The notes under the pieces: model-generated
The model's database searches: none
What the model was told of the DNA's origin: nothing
What the model saw: only the letters and a program-made list of their open reading frames with translations
Translations under genes and position numbers: made by a program
Shown: positions 35,553-36,020 of the stretch, one piece after another
Layout of the letters: every line of letters starts with the position of its first letter
How positions within the stretch are numbered: position 1 is the first letter of the stretch
NCBI GenBank assembly: GCA_000320545.1
Contig: ADNK01002564.1
Span: 1-36,020, forward strand
Source: Bigelowiella natans CCMP2755
Lineage: Eukaryota; Protista; Cercozoa
Direction of reading: 5' to 3'
Length of the DNA stretch: 36,020 bases

Positions 35553-36020
35553 GCTTTCTCAGCGGGGACTGATGAAAATAGTCGAGCATCTTGGAGCCCT
35601 AAAGCGATTGACGCTGCCATAGGTGGGGGATGCTGTTGTTGTTATTGATGTAGCATGCCGGTGGCATGGATTCGAGCTCGCAAAGCGGTCGATCAAAGTT
35701 AGGGTGGGGGGGGAGGGGGCCGCTCATATTATATCTGGTTTAGCATTAGGAGGGGGGGGGGGGGGGGGGGGGGGTTATTCGAAGAAAAAACAATAAAAAC
35801 CTTCAAAAAAAAAGGGGGCACCTTTAAAGAAAATGGGGGACCAAAAAATAAAATTCGGGAAGAGAGAATTGGGGGGGGTTTTCTTTTTTCTTAAACACCC
35901 CCCCCCCCCCGTGCTTTTTCCCATTTCTAGCGCGCCCAAATCCATGCCGCCAGCTCAAGATACTATGAAGAAATGAAGATATCGTGTCAACTGTTGGCTG
36001 CTGCAGAGAAGAAACGCGGT
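33619..36020 (+). CDS. Multi-exon protein with a GATA-like C4 zinc finger; continues beyond the window
   Basis: Exons ~34060-34375, 34451-34503, 34830-34961 and 35148 onward splice in phase, giving LECGWCGSDTPFGRLW...QIEASQVCTLCAKFFKENG. A probable first exon 33619-33776 has a hydrophobic stretch (ARAFAVALVTLFGML). Confidence 0.55.

Noticed and set aside
35740-35930. Homopolymer-rich segment between poly-G and poly-C runs (similar at 160-400)
   Set aside because: Looks like low-quality sequence after homopolymers rather than biology.
1-36020. CRISPR arrays, rRNA or tRNA genes
   Set aside because: No repeat-spacer array or RNA gene seen; the only tRNA-like sequence is the PBS.

Overview
Intron-rich eukaryotic nuclear DNA, probably from a protist (the lineage cannot be fixed from sequence alone). 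From left to right it holds: the 3' part of a presequence protease/M16C peptidase gene whose exons are not in canonical order; two poorly defined minus-strand genes; a complete G-protein alpha subunit gene; a large multi-exon hypothetical gene; an intact, very young Ty3/gypsy LTR retrotransposon (13938-19653, minus strand, 326-bp LTRs identical by eye, TCAT target-site duplication, one 1657-aa ORF); a hybrid histidine kinase with nine PAS domains; and two further multi-exon genes, one with a GATA-like zinc finger. Two signals stand out. (1) The retrotransposon polyprotein ends, after the integrase, in a domain resembling a degenerate Dam-like N6-adenine methyltransferase fold, as known from DIRS elements. 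(2) Intergenic tracts are nearly or fully purged of TpA: there is no TA at all in 28603-29668, and surviving TAs are mostly in CTA/TAG context. This suggests a context-specific T:A to C:G hypermutation process, and the young element sits inside such a tract.
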